Assembly (NCBI GenBank): GCA_031278975.1
Contig: JAITJL010000005.1
Coordinates: 39,255-103,254 of the forward strand
Length of the DNA stretch: 64,000 nt
Direction: 5' to 3'
Origin: Puniceicoccales bacterium
Lineage (GTDB): Bacteria > Verrucomicrobiota > Verrucomicrobiia > Opitutales > UBA9783
Shown: in pieces, positions 52,414 to 62,013 of the stretch
Layout of the letters: each line of letters opens with the position of its first letter
Numbering within the stretch: position 1 is the first letter of the stretch
The notes under the pieces: model-generated
Told to the model about the DNA's origin: nothing
Databases searched by the model: none
The model's input: the letters and a program-made list of their open reading frames with translations, nothing else
Program-made: the position numbers and the translations under genes

Positions 52414-52425
52414 AGGGATGGGGTT

Positions 52426-52791
52426 ATGTTGCAGATGAATAGTCGATTAGAAGTTGCGGATAATACGGGAGCGAAATATGTAACTATGATCCGTCGTTTA
52501 GGTCAAAATAAACGTACCGCTAAAGTAGGTGATGTGATTATTGCGGCCGTTAAAGAAAGTGCTCCCGAGGCGAATATAAAAAAAGGAAGTGTTGTGCGCG
52601 CTGTGATTGTTAGAACAAAGTATCCGATTGCTCGCAAAGACGGGAGTTTTTTACGGTTTGATTCGAATGCCTGCATTATTATTGATGGTAACGACAATCC
52701 GAAGGGTACGCGTGTGTTTGGTCCCATTGCTCGCGAATTACGTCAAAAGAATTTTATGAAGATTATTTCGTTGGCTCCAGAGGTTATATGA
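52426..52791 (+). CDS. rplN: 50S ribosomal protein L14
   Basis: [17 protein letters not shown]. Confidence 0.97.
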   Translation: MLQMNSRLEVADNTGAKYVTMIRRLGQNKRTAKVGDVIIAAVKESAPEANIKKGSVVRAVIVRTKYPIARKDGSFLRFDSNACIIIDGNDNPKGTRVFGPIARELRQKNFMKIISLAPEVI

Positions 52792-53051
52792 TGAAATATA
52801 ATTTAAAAAAAGGTAGTGATGTTGTAATTATTGCGGGGGCTCACAAGGGGAAAAAGGGGAAAATTTTAAAAGTTTTTCGCGAAACGCAGAAGGTACTTGT
52901 AGAAGGTGTCAATTTACGCAAAAAGCATTTAAAAAAGACGCAGGAGAATACTACGGGAAGTATTGTGGAAAGAGAGATGCCGATTCATTATTCCAATGTT
53001 ATGTCCTTGGTAGAAGCGGAGAAAAGAGCTCAAAAAAGGTCAGCGCGTTAA
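52788..53051 (+). CDS. rplX: 50S ribosomal protein L24
   Basis: KOW motif [28 protein letters not shown] overlap with rplN. Confidence 0.93.
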   Translation: MMKYNLKKGSDVVIIAGAHKGKKGKILKVFRETQKVLVEGVNLRKKHLKKTQENTTGSIVEREMPIHYSNVMSLVEAEKRAQKRSAR

Positions 53052-53078
53052 TTGCAGCAGTAGGATATGTAGAATTAA

Positions 53079-53639
53079 ATGGAAAACAGTCAAATGAAAA
53101 CGGTACCTGCATTGAAAGATTATTATTTTAAGCAAGTGATTCCAATTCTGAAGAAACAATTTGGTTACGAAAATATTCATGTTGTACCGAAGGTTGAGAA
53201 AGTTGTTGTGAATTCTAGAATTAATGCGGATGCCGATAAGGCACATGTGGAACAATTGGTCAAAGAAGTGAGCTTGATAGCTGGGCAGAAGCCCTTGATT
53301 ACGAAAGCCAAAAAGAGTATTTCAAATTTTAAATTGCGACAAGGGGTACCTACCGGAGTTAAGGTAACTTTGCGGGGAAATCGCATGTACGATTTTTTAT
53401 ATCGTTTAATCAACATTGCTTTACCAGTGATTCGAGATTTTAGAGGTGTGTCCAAGAAAATGGATCGTCGAGGTAATTTAAATGTGGGCATAGTAGATCA
53501 TACCATTTTCCCAGAAATTAAGGTGGAATCTAGCAATCGTCAGAACATTGGGATGGATATTGCTATTGTAACAACTGCGCGTTCTGACAAAGAAGGTTTG
53601 AGTTTATTGGAAGGGTTGGGCGTAGTATTTAGGAAATAA
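53079..53639 (+). CDS. rplE: 50S ribosomal protein L5
   Basis: [34 protein letters not shown]...FRG. The start may be ATG 53094. Confidence 0.94.
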   Translation: MENSQMKTVPALKDYYFKQVIPILKKQFGYENIHVVPKVEKVVVNSRINADADKAHVEQLVKEVSLIAGQKPLITKAKKSISNFKLRQGVPTGVKVTLRGNRMYDFLYRLINIALPVIRDFRGVSKKMDRRGNLNVGIVDHTIFPEIKVESSNRQNIGMDIAIVTTARSDKEGLSLLEGLGVVFRK

Positions 53640-53647
53640 GGAATTTT

Positions 53648-53953
53648 ATGGCGAAAAAATCTTCTGTGGAGCGAAATAAAAAGCGTGTGTATTTGGTTGA
53701 AAAACACTCGGAGAAGCGTCGAGCGTTGAAGTCCAAATTATTGGATTTAGAGGTCTCGGATGAAGAGTTTTTTAAAGTCCAACGCGCGTTGGCTTTGCTG
53801 CCTAGAAATTCTTCACGTGTGCGCGTGCGGAATCGCTGTTCAATTACCGGGCGTGCGCGTGGATATTTTAGAAAATTTGGTGTTTCGCGTTTAACTTTGC
53901 GTGAATTTGCATTAAAAGGTTTACTGCCAGGTGTAACAAAAGCTTCTTGGTAA
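53648..53953 (+). CDS. rpsN: 30S ribosomal protein S14 (long, non-zinc type)
   Basis: 101 aa. [13 protein letters not shown]...[21 protein letters not shown]...PGVTKASW. Confidence 0.95.
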   Translation: MAKKSSVERNKKRVYLVEKHSEKRRALKSKLLDLEVSDEEFFKVQRALALLPRNSSRVRVRNRCSITGRARGYFRKFGVSRLTLREFALKGLLPGVTKASW

Positions 53954-53957
53954 CAAT

Positions 53958-54347
53958 ATGGATACGATAGGTGATTTTTTGACAATAATTCGTAATGCGG
54001 TTCGTGTGCGGAAGTCAGCATGTAAAACGCAATTTTCAAATATGCGTAAAGAGATAGCGTTGCTTTTAAAACAAGAAGGTTATATTACGAATGTAAATGA
54101 GATTTGTAACGAAAAGGGGTTGAAAGATTTGGAAATTCAATTGAAGTACGTGAAAGGAATTTCGGTTTTAAATGTTTTAAAACGTTGTAGCAAGCCGGGT
54201 GCACGTTGGTACGTAAAGAAAGATAAAATTCCAAGTGTGTTAAGTGGCTTAGGTATATGTATTTTGTCTACGTCGAGAGGCATTTTAAGTGGGAAACAAG
54301 CGAGACAGATGTGCGTGGGTGGTGAATTAATTTGTAAAGTGTGGTAA
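53958..54347 (+). CDS. rpsH: 30S ribosomal protein S8
   Basis: DTIGDFLTIIRNA...ILSTSRGILSGKQAR. Confidence 0.95.
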   Translation: MDTIGDFLTIIRNAVRVRKSACKTQFSNMRKEIALLLKQEGYITNVNEICNEKGLKDLEIQLKYVKGISVLNVLKRCSKPGARWYVKKDKIPSVLSGLGICILSTSRGILSGKQARQMCVGGELICKVW

Positions 54348-54349
54348 GT

Positions 54350-54886
54350 ATGAGCAGGAAGGGGAAACTTCCCATCATGTTGGGAGATAAGGTTAAGGTA
54401 AGTACTGTAGGTTCAGAGGTTACGGTGACAGGGCCTAAGGGTGTCCTAAAAAAGACGTTTGCTTCTTGCGTTAAGATTCAGCAGGATTCCAATACATTGA
54501 CCGTTATTCCTTTGGGATCAGATCGACTGTCTCAGGCCATGCACGGCACAGCGCGTTCCATACTGGCAAACATGGTACGCGGTGTACAAGAGGTATTTTC
54601 TAAAGATTTGGAAATACAAGGCGTAGGTTTTAAAGCCGCCTTAAATGGAAACGTATTGGATTTATCTTTGGGGTTTTCGCACGTTATAAAGTACAAAATT
54701 CCCGAAGGTATCGCCGTTCAGGTTAAAGATGGTACGAAGGTTCATGTGGAAGGGGCTGATAAACATTTGGTTGGACAGGTCGCCGCACACATTAAGTATT
54801 ATTATCCGGTTGAGCCTTATAAAGGTAAAGGGGTACGCATTGCAGGTGAATTTGTTCGTCATAAGGAAGGTAAGAAAAAGGCTTAG
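54350..54886 (+). CDS. rplF: 50S ribosomal protein L6
   Basis: MSRKGKLPI... Start moved from GTG 54341 to ATG 54350. PYKGKGVR near the C-terminus. Confidence 0.94.
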   Translation: MSRKGKLPIMLGDKVKVSTVGSEVTVTGPKGVLKKTFASCVKIQQDSNTLTVIPLGSDRLSQAMHGTARSILANMVRGVQEVFSKDLEIQGVGFKAALNGNVLDLSLGFSHVIKYKIPEGIAVQVKDGTKVHVEGADKHLVGQVAAHIKYYYPVEPYKGKGVRIAGEFVRHKEGKKKA

Positions 54887-54894
54887 TTGAAGGT

Positions 54895-55257
54895 ATGAAA
54901 TTGTTTGAAAAGCAACGTTTGGAAAAAAGTCGACGTTTTAGAATTCGTTCAAAGGTGAAAGGTACTTTGGAACGACCTCGTTTAGCTTTGCGTCTTTCCA
55001 ATAAGCACATGTATGCACAGTGTATAGATGATACGACTGGAAAAACTCTCGAAGCGTTGTCTTCTTTATCTAAGGATTTGCAAGAACAGCATTTGAAGCC
55101 TAATTATTCAGGTTCAGAGACTTTCGGAAAAACTTTTGGAGCTTACTTGAAAACAAAGGGAATTGCATCGGTTGTTTTTGATCGTTCCGGCCGCTCGTAT
55201 CATGGTTGTGTAAAGGCTTTTGCGGAAGCTGTTAGGTCGCAAGATATTCATTTTTAA
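54895..55257 (+). CDS. rplR: 50S ribosomal protein L18
   Basis: RPRLALRLSNKHMYAQCIDD...VFDRSGRSYHGCVKAFAEAVR. Confidence 0.94.
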   Translation: MKLFEKQRLEKSRRFRIRSKVKGTLERPRLALRLSNKHMYAQCIDDTTGKTLEALSSLSKDLQEQHLKPNYSGSETFGKTFGAYLKTKGIASVVFDRSGRSYHGCVKAFAEAVRSQDIHF

Positions 55258-55266
55258 AAAGTATTT

Positions 55267-55833
55267 ATGGTTACGAAGGTCAGAGAAGAAAGTAAGCTTA
55301 CGCGAGAATTTGAAAACTTAGGAAATCCATCTGAATTGCTTATCTCAGAACCTATTCAAGGTTGGAGCGAGAAGGTAGTTTATATTAATCGTTGTGCCAA
55401 AGTTGTCAAGGGAGGCCGTCGTTTTAGTTTTGGAGTTTTGGTGGTAGCGGGTAATAAGAATGGGTTGATAGGTATTGGTCAGGGTAAATCTAAGGAAGTG
55501 TCGGACGCTATTCGTAAAGCGAGTGGAAGTGCCAAGAAGAGGGTTTTTCAAATTTCTTTACTCAATGCCACAATCCCGCATGTTACCACAGGATGTGCGG
55601 ATGGTGGGCGCGTTATTTTGAAACCCGCTTGCCCAGGTACCGGTGTTATTGCAGGGGGAGGTGTTCGGGCTGTATTGGAAGTGGTTGGTGTGAAAGATGT
55701 TTTATCCAAGTCATTGGGTTCCAATAATCACATCGCCATGGTACGTGCAACATTGGATGCCTTGTTGAAATTACGTACAAAAGAGCAAGTGATGGCTCTG
55801 AGAAGTGCAGATGTAGATCAGGGAAGCGTGTAA
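55267..55833 (+). CDS. rpsE: 30S ribosomal protein S5
   Basis: VVYINRCAKVVKGGRRFSFGVLVVAGNKNGLIGIGQGKSKEV. Confidence 0.95.
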   Translation: MVTKVREESKLTREFENLGNPSELLISEPIQGWSEKVVYINRCAKVVKGGRRFSFGVLVVAGNKNGLIGIGQGKSKEVSDAIRKASGSAKKRVFQISLLNATIPHVTTGCADGGRVILKPACPGTGVIAGGGVRAVLEVVGVKDVLSKSLGSNNHIAMVRATLDALLKLRTKEQVMALRSADVDQGSV

Positions 55834-55855
55834 ACTAGTTGAAGGAGTTTTGAGG

Positions 55856-56302
55856 ATGAAGTTGAGTGAGTTACCAAGAACTGCGGGCCGTTCGAAAAAG
55901 GCAAAACGTTTGGGTTGTGGTCGTGGAAGCGGTCATGGGAAGACTTCTTCCCGCGGTAATAAAGGAGGAAATGCTCGTTCTGGGTATGCTACGCCTACTA
56001 ATTTTTCGGGTATTCCGATCTATCGTCGTTTCCCCAAGAGAGGTTTTAATAATGCAAAGTTTAAAACGCACTATCAACTGATTTCTTTGGCGGATTTGGA
56101 AGGAAAATTAGCCCAAGATTTTTCAGGCATTGTAGATCATAATGTCTTATTTCATGCAGGATTGGTCAACACCCAAGCGATGCCTATAAAATTGCTGGGG
56201 GATGGAGAAGTTACGCGTGCATTTTCTGTTAAAGTAGATAAGATTACCGCCGGAGCTAAGTCTAAACTTGAAGCTGTCGGTGGTCAGTTTATTGCGATAT
56301 AA
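55856..56302 (+). CDS. rplO: 50S ribosomal protein L15
   Basis: MKLSEL...RLGCGRGSGHGKTSSRGNKG. ATG 55856 lies 8 nt after SD gaaggag. Confidence 0.93.
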   Translation: MKLSELPRTAGRSKKAKRLGCGRGSGHGKTSSRGNKGGNARSGYATPTNFSGIPIYRRFPKRGFNNAKFKTHYQLISLADLEGKLAQDFSGIVDHNVLFHAGLVNTQAMPIKLLGDGEVTRAFSVKVDKITAGAKSKLEAVGGQFIAI

Positions 56303-56312
56303 TTTGGGAGTC

Positions 56313-57827
56313 ATGATTGCTGCTTTTTTGAATTGTTTAAAAATTCCAGAATTAAAGCAAAGGATCGTGTTTACCTTGTCTTTACTCTTTGTTGCAAGAA
56401 TAGGTTGTAATATTCCATTGCCCGGTATTGATCCAACAACTTTAAAATCCTTTTTTGAAAGTCAAAAAATGTTAGGTGGAGGACAGTTGGTAGGGTTGTA
56501 CAATTTGTTTACAGGGGGAGCTTTTTTAAAAGGTGCAATTTTTGGTCTTGGGATTATGCCTTTCATCAGTGCGTCGATCATATTCCAATTATTAGGGGCC
56601 ATGCTGCCTTCTCTAGCCAAGTTACAACAGGAAGGAGAATTTGGACGTCAACGATTAATGCAGTATACGAGGTATCTTACTTTAATAATTTGTTTTATTC
56701 AGGGATGGTTGCTGATGATGGCGTTTACCAATTATCCGGATAAATTGTTTCCAGGGTTTGATGTGAATACCTACGGTCCCATTGCTTTATACGGTGGCTT
56801 TTCATTTTTGCTTGTATCTACATTGCTGCTAACGACGGGAACCCTGATTTTGACGTGGTTGGGTGAACAAATTACGCAACGTGGTGTAGGCAATGGTATT
56901 TCTCTGTTAATTACAGTGGGTATATTATCGGGGTTACCTCAAAGTGTATATTTATTTGGAAGTTTGTTTGCAAAACCTTTGGGAATGGAAGATGGAACGC
57001 ATTTTGGCCTTCTTCAAGGGGTACTCATGATTGTTTTACTATTTGCTGTGGTGGCGGCGATGATTGCGGTTACGCAAGCCCAACGGAAGATTGTTGTGCA
57101 GTATGCAAAGCGTGTTGTGGGACGTAAAATGTACGGAGGACAGAGTTCTTTTTTACCCTTAAAAGTCAATTATGCAGGCGTGATGCCGGTAATTTTTGCC
57201 AGTGCTCTCATCATGTTTCCCCAACAATTATTAGCTTATTTGGGAGCTGCATTCGATGTCAGTGTATTTCAAAAATGGTCCATGATTCTTATGCAAGGTT
57301 CTGGATTGTACTACACGGTTTACGGTTTGCTGATATTAGGGTTTAGTTATTTTTGGGTTTCCATCATGTTTAAGCCGCTGCAAGTGGCGGATGATTTAAA
57401 AAAGAATGGTGGGTATATCCCGGGTGTTCGGCCTGGCAACGGTACAGCTCAGTTTTTAGATTTTGTGATGACCCGATTGACATTGGCGGGTGCAATATTT
57501 TTGACAGTCATAGCTTTATTTCCAGATTTGCTGTATTTCTTATACAAGATACCTTACAAAGTAGCTTTATTTTTTGGTGGTACGGGAACTCTTATTACGG
57601 TAGGTGTTTTATTGGATACCATCAAACAATTGGAAACTTACCTGTTGCAAAGAAATTATGATGGATTTTTGGCAAAAGGTAAAATAAAAGGACGTTTTAC
57701 TTTTATGTCCCAAATTCAAAGATTGGCCGATACAGAAGATAGCAGTTTACGGTTACTGTGGATATCGGTGTTTGTTTTGTTTGTTATGGGATTATTGGCG
57801 TGGATTTTAAATACGACGTTACTTTAA
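56313..57827 (+). CDS. secY: preprotein translocase SecY with 43-aa C-terminal extension
   Basis: Colinear with E. coli SecY (GIMPFISASIIFQLL, GEQITQRGVGNGISLLI, LPLKVNYAGVMPVIFA, FFGGTGTLI). ATG 56313 follows SD gggag. 504 aa, compared with about 440 typical. Confidence 0.93.
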   Translation: MIAAFLNCLKIPELKQRIVFTLSLLFVARIGCNIPLPGIDPTTLKSFFESQKMLGGGQLVGLYNLFTGGAFLKGAIFGLGIMPFISASIIFQLLGAMLPSLAKLQQEGEFGRQRLMQYTRYLTLIICFIQGWLLMMAFTNYPDKLFPGFDVNTYGPIALYGGFSFLLVSTLLLTTGTLILTWLGEQITQRGVGNGISLLITVGILSGLPQSVYLFGSLFAKPLGMEDGTHFGLLQGVLMIVLLFAVVAAMIAVTQAQRKIVVQYAKRVVGRKMYGGQSSFLPLKVNYAGVMPVIFASALIMFPQQLLAYLGAAFDVSVFQKWSMILMQGSGLYYTVYGLLILGFSYFWVSIMFKPLQVADDLKKNGGYIPGVRPGNGTAQFLDFVMTRLTLAGAIFLTVIALFPDLLYFLYKIPYKVALFFGGTGTLITVGVLLDTIKQLETYLLQRNYDGFLAKGKIKGRFTFMSQIQRLADTEDSSLRLLWISVFVLFVMGLLAWILNTTLL

Positions 57828-57856
57828 CAAAGGTATCAGAGTAAAGTAAAATTAAA

Positions 57857-58621
57857 ATGATTGCGAAAACGAATCAAGAAATTGCTAAAATACGGGAAGC
57901 GGGAGCTTGTGCCGCATGGGTACTTGATCAAGTAAAAAGATCAGTTACACCGGGGGTAAGCACGTACGAATTAGATCAAATTGCCAAAAAAGCTATGGAA
58001 GAAAGTGGTGCTGTGAGTTCAACTTATGGTTATGGCCGCAAAGGCAATGAATTTCCCGCTTACATGTGCGTTTCGGTCAATGAGCAATTAGTACATGGGA
58101 TTGGGAGTAAGGAAAAATTTTTGAAGGAGGGCGATATCGTAAGTTTGGATGTGGCGCTTAATTACAATGGATTTGTTGGGGACAATACGTGTACTATTGG
58201 ATTAGGGCAGTTGGTAGAGCCGGTTAAAAATTTACTTACGGTGACCGAACAGGCTCTCCATAAAGGTATAGAACAAGCGCTTTCAGGCAATAGGGTGGGA
58301 GATATTTCGTGGGCTATTCAATCTTTTGCCGAAAAAAATCACTTAGGTGTAGTGCGTGAATTGGTAGGTCATGGTGTGGGTCGTGAAATGCACGAAGAAC
58401 CTCAAATTCCTAATTTTGGTGCGCCGCATAGTGGACCTTTGTTGCGTGCTGGCATGGTTATTGCCATTGAACCTATGTTAACATTGGGATCTCCGGCGAT
58501 AAAAACTTTATCGGATGGGTGGACTATTGTCACGCAAGATGGCAATTATTGTGCTCATTTTGAACATACGGTGTTAATTACAAAAGATTTACCAGAAATA
58601 TTGACAAGTCTAAGAAATTAA
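57857..58621 (+). CDS. map: type I methionine aminopeptidase
   Basis: Metal ligand context: VHGIG, DVALNYNGFVGDNTCT, GHGVGREMHEEP, IAIEPM, EHTVLIT. Confidence 0.94.
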   Translation: MIAKTNQEIAKIREAGACAAWVLDQVKRSVTPGVSTYELDQIAKKAMEESGAVSSTYGYGRKGNEFPAYMCVSVNEQLVHGIGSKEKFLKEGDIVSLDVALNYNGFVGDNTCTIGLGQLVEPVKNLLTVTEQALHKGIEQALSGNRVGDISWAIQSFAEKNHLGVVRELVGHGVGREMHEEPQIPNFGAPHSGPLLRAGMVIAIEPMLTLGSPAIKTLSDGWTIVTQDGNYCAHFEHTVLITKDLPEILTSLRN

Positions 58622-58667
58622 CGCATTCCTTTTAACATTACAGGAGTTATAAAAAAAGCAGATTATT

Positions 58668-59042
58668 ATGCCTCGTTTACTCGGAGTTGAAATACCAGGA
58701 AATAAAAAGTTGGCTTATGCGTTGCGTTACGTTTACGGTATTGGATTGACGCGTGCATTAGAAATCGTTAAGACTACCCAATTGGATCCAGACAAACGGG
58801 CACGTGATTTAAATGAAGAGGAGCTCAATAAAATTACCGAAGCAATCACGCGTTCAGGTTATAAAATTGAAGGTGATTTACGTCGGGAAATTATTGGAAA
58901 TATTAAACGTTTGCAGGCGATTCGGTGCTATCGTGGATTGCGTCATTTGAGAGGTTTACCCGTGCGTGGTCAGCGTACGCAAACCAATGCACGTACGCGT
59001 AAAGGGGCTCGCAAAACGGTGGGTGTGGTCACGAAAAAGTAA
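58668..59042 (+). CDS. rpsM: 30S ribosomal protein S13
   Basis: [26 protein letters not shown]. Confidence 0.96.
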   Translation: MPRLLGVEIPGNKKLAYALRYVYGIGLTRALEIVKTTQLDPDKRARDLNEEELNKITEAITRSGYKIEGDLRREIIGNIKRLQAIRCYRGLRHLRGLPVRGQRTQTNARTRKGARKTVGVVTKK

Positions 59043-59057
59043 CATTGTGAGCGAAAA

Positions 59058-59573
59058 ATGTTTATGGATGAAAATTTAAAATCTGAAAAAAAAGTAGAAG
59101 TAGGGTCCGTTACAGTTGCTGGTCAAGGCACAAAAGGTGCAGTTGAAAAAAAAAGTGCTAATTCTTTGCTGATCCAGGAAGGATTAGAAGATGGTTTAAA
59201 AATTAAGCGTGCTAAAGGTAGTAAGAATGTTACCACAGGGGTTTGTCATATTTTGGCCTCCTTTAATAACACAAAAGTTACATTTTCTGATGTGCACGGA
59301 AATGTGTTAGCTTGGTCAAGTGCTGGACGTTGTAATTTTAAAGGATCACGGAAATCGACGGCTTATGCAGCGCAAGTGGTAACCACCGAAGCTGCTAAGA
59401 TCGCTATGGGGCACGGCTTAAAAGAAATTGTGGTTAAAGTCAAGGGGCCGGGTATGGGGCGTGATTCTGCAATTAGAACGTTGCAAACGTTGGGATTAAC
59501 TGTTTTGAGTATTAAGGATGTTACGCCTGTTCCTCATAATGGGTGTCGTCCTCCAAAGAGACGAAGAGTTTAA
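59058..59573 (+). CDS. rpsK: 30S ribosomal protein S11 with ~42-aa N-terminal extension
   Basis: Core is [22 protein letters not shown]...RPPKRRRV. The only ATGs are at codons 1 and 3, 15 nt after the rpsM stop. Confidence 0.9.
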   Translation: MFMDENLKSEKKVEVGSVTVAGQGTKGAVEKKSANSLLIQEGLEDGLKIKRAKGSKNVTTGVCHILASFNNTKVTFSDVHGNVLAWSSAGRCNFKGSRKSTAYAAQVVTTEAAKIAMGHGLKEIVVKVKGPGMGRDSAIRTLQTLGLTVLSIKDVTPVPHNGCRPPKRRRV

Positions 59574-59591
59574 CATTTAGAGATTTTTAAG

Positions 59592-60197
59592 ATGCGTTAT
59601 ATTGGACCTACGACTCGTATTAATCGTCGCTTTAAGATGGCTATTTTCCCATTGAATAAGGCGTATGAAAAGAAGCCTTATTTGCCAGGTATGCATGGGG
59701 CTCGTTTAAAGAGACGGGTTAACGATTATTCTTTGGGGCTCAACGAGAAGCAAAAATTGCGTTTTATGTTTGGTTTATCCGAAAAGCAATTTCATTTGAC
59801 TTTTTTGAAAGCCAAAAACATGCGAGGCATTACGGGTGAAACATTTTTACGTTTGCTCGAGTGTCGCTTGGATAATATAGTCTATTTGTTAGGATTTGCC
59901 AAAACCAGACGTTCGGCAAGGCAATTAGTAGGGCATGGGCATGTGTGTGTCAATGGACGCAAGGTGAACATCGCTAGCTTTGCTTGCAGTCCAGGCGATA
60001 CTGTTGTAATGAGTGAAAAAATTTCTTCGCGTCAACTGGCAACGCGTAATTTGGAGGATACCCATTATCGTAATTGTCCGGCATGGTTATCGGTGCAGCC
60101 AGACGCCTTTAATGGTGTTGTAAATCGATATCCCTCACGAGAAGAGATGCTTCCTGAAATTAATGAACAATTGATTGTAGAATACTACAGTCGTTAA
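59592..60197 (+). CDS. rpsD: 30S ribosomal protein S4
   Basis: MRYIGPTTRINRR...RLDNIVYLLGFAKTRRSARQLVGHGHVCVNGRKVNIAS. Confidence 0.96.
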   Translation: MRYIGPTTRINRRFKMAIFPLNKAYEKKPYLPGMHGARLKRRVNDYSLGLNEKQKLRFMFGLSEKQFHLTFLKAKNMRGITGETFLRLLECRLDNIVYLLGFAKTRRSARQLVGHGHVCVNGRKVNIASFACSPGDTVVMSEKISSRQLATRNLEDTHYRNCPAWLSVQPDAFNGVVNRYPSREEMLPEINEQLIVEYYSR

Positions 60198-60214
60198 TCT
60201 TAACTAATAAATTC

Positions 60215-61219
60215 ATGGCTAAACGATTAGGAAAATTTGAGTTACCCAGCCGATTGATAAGGGTAGAGGAAACGGCAACTCCCACATTTGCTTGTTTCAT
60301 CGCAGACCCTTTTGAAAAAGGTTTTGGACATACAGTAGGCAATGCACTGCGTCGAGTTTTGTTGAGTTCTATTGAAAGTGCCGCAATTGCTTCCGTTAGG
60401 ATAGAGGGGATTAATCACGAATTTCAAAGCTGTGAGGGTATTATTGAAGATGTTACAGAAATCGTATTAAACCTAAAAAAAGTTCTTCTTAAAAGTACGC
60501 AACGTGAGCCCGTTGTATTGCATATCGATGTTACGCGTAGAGGTGAAGTGATTGCTGGAGACATTCAATTGGCACCCGGTATTGAAATTGTTAATCCGGA
60601 ACAAATTATTTGTACATTGAGCAAAGAACAGCGGTTTCAGGCTGAATTGAAAGTCGTTATGGGACGTGGGTATCGTCTTGCGGATGACAATAAGGAAGAA
60701 AACCAACCGATTGGTGTTATCCCAATTGATTGCTTGTTTAGTCCGGTCAGGTTGGTGAAATACAATGTCGAAAGTACCCGTGTTGGGAAAATGACCGACT
60801 TTGATAAGTTATATTTGGAGGTTACAACGGATGGTCGCATTGCTCCAGAAGAAGCCTTGAAGGAAGCGACGGTTATTCTTTTACATCATTTGAAATTGTT
60901 CGATCGCTTTACGACACAGGAGTTTGAATTTGAAGACAAGAAAAAGGAAGCAAGTGAGGAACAAAATCGTTTGCGCAAATTATTAAATATGAGTGTCAAT
61001 GAGATTGAACTTTCCGTACGCGCTGCAAATTGTTTAAACAACGCAAATATTTTGACGGTGGGTGAATTGGCGCGTAAAACGGAAGCAGAAATGTTGAAGT
61101 ATAGGAATTTTGGTAAAAAATCTTTGAATGAAATTAAGGCAAAATTGGAGCAATTGGGACTGTCCTTAGGCATGAAGATTGATGAACGTTTGCTGGATAC
61201 AACTTCAACTATTATTTGA
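60215..61219 (+). CDS. rpoA: DNA-directed RNA polymerase alpha subunit
   Basis: GFGHTVGNALRRVLLSSI and C-terminal domain ELSVRAANCLNNANILTVGEL. Confidence 0.97.
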   Translation: MAKRLGKFELPSRLIRVEETATPTFACFIADPFEKGFGHTVGNALRRVLLSSIESAAIASVRIEGINHEFQSCEGIIEDVTEIVLNLKKVLLKSTQREPVVLHIDVTRRGEVIAGDIQLAPGIEIVNPEQIICTLSKEQRFQAELKVVMGRGYRLADDNKEENQPIGVIPIDCLFSPVRLVKYNVESTRVGKMTDFDKLYLEVTTDGRIAPEEALKEATVILLHHLKLFDRFTTQEFEFEDKKKEASEEQNRLRKLLNMSVNEIELSVRAANCLNNANILTVGELARKTEAEMLKYRNFGKKSLNEIKAKLEQLGLSLGMKIDERLLDTTSTII

Positions 61220-61232
61220 AAAGTGTTAAATT

Positions 61233-61721
61233 ATGCGTCACACAAAACATCGTTTTGAGTTGGGGGTAAAGAAAGAACATCGTGAATCTTTGATTGCAAA
61301 CTTGGCAACTCAGTTATTTACATACGGAAGAATTAAAACAACTTTGGTGAAGGCAAAAGCTTTGCGCCCGTTTGCAGAAAAGGTGATTACTTTAGCAAAA
61401 AAAGCCTCAAAAGCGGAGAATGTGGAGAAAAAATTGCACTTTCGTCGTTTGGCTCTTGCACGCGTACGCAGTAAGGTAGCCGTTCGTAAGTTATTTGCGG
61501 AGGATGTGCAACAATTTTTAGATCGCGAAGGTGGATATACACGTATTTACAAATTGATACCTCGTGTAGGCGATGGTGCGCCTATGGGTCTTATTGAATA
61601 TGTGTCGCATCAAGTGAGCGAAAAACGCCGTAGGAAACCTGTCCCTAAAAAATTGCAGTCTGCCGTTGAGGCTAGCGAAACGGCAAATGCTGCTGAAGAT
61701 AAAAGTCCTGAAAATAAGTGA
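61233..61721 (+). CDS. rplQ: 50S ribosomal protein L17 (extended basic/acidic C-terminal tail)
   Basis: MRHTKHRFELGVKKEHRESLIANLATQLF...GGYTRIYKL. 162 aa, compared with about 120-130 typical. Confidence 0.94.
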   Translation: MRHTKHRFELGVKKEHRESLIANLATQLFTYGRIKTTLVKAKALRPFAEKVITLAKKASKAENVEKKLHFRRLALARVRSKVAVRKLFAEDVQQFLDREGGYTRIYKLIPRVGDGAPMGLIEYVSHQVSEKRRRKPVPKKLQSAVEASETANAAEDKSPENK

Positions 61722-61778
61722 ATTTAAAAATTTACCAGCAAAAAATGGGGCTTTTTAAGGAGGAAGATTTTTGCTAAA

Positions 61779-62006
61779 ATGGGATCTTTAGAGTACTGCC
61801 TAAGCCTTTTTTACTGTGCAACAATTATTTTATTTGTCGTTTGGCAGGCAAGTTTTGAAAGATGTGTTCTCAAAGATTATGTGTTATTAAAATTGCGCCA
61901 TGTTTTTTATTGTAAGCACTGTGGTGCAGTATATTTTAACGTGGATAATTGTGAAGAACAATGTTGCCGGAAGTGTTCTACAAAGAATACGTCGTTAAGC
62001 TTTTAG
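61779..62006 (+). CDS. small hypothetical membrane-anchored protein with CxxC...CxxC zinc-ribbon-like motif
   Basis: 75 aa. Hydrophobic N-terminus (CLSLFYCATIILFVVW), then YCKHCGAVYF-x9-CCRKCS. The stop is 7 nt before the kdsD start. No convincing SD at a proper distance. Confidence 0.35.
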   Translation: MGSLEYCLSLFYCATIILFVVWQASFERCVLKDYVLLKLRHVFYCKHCGAVYFNVDNCEEQCCRKCSTKNTSLSF

Positions 62007-62013
62007 GCTTTGT

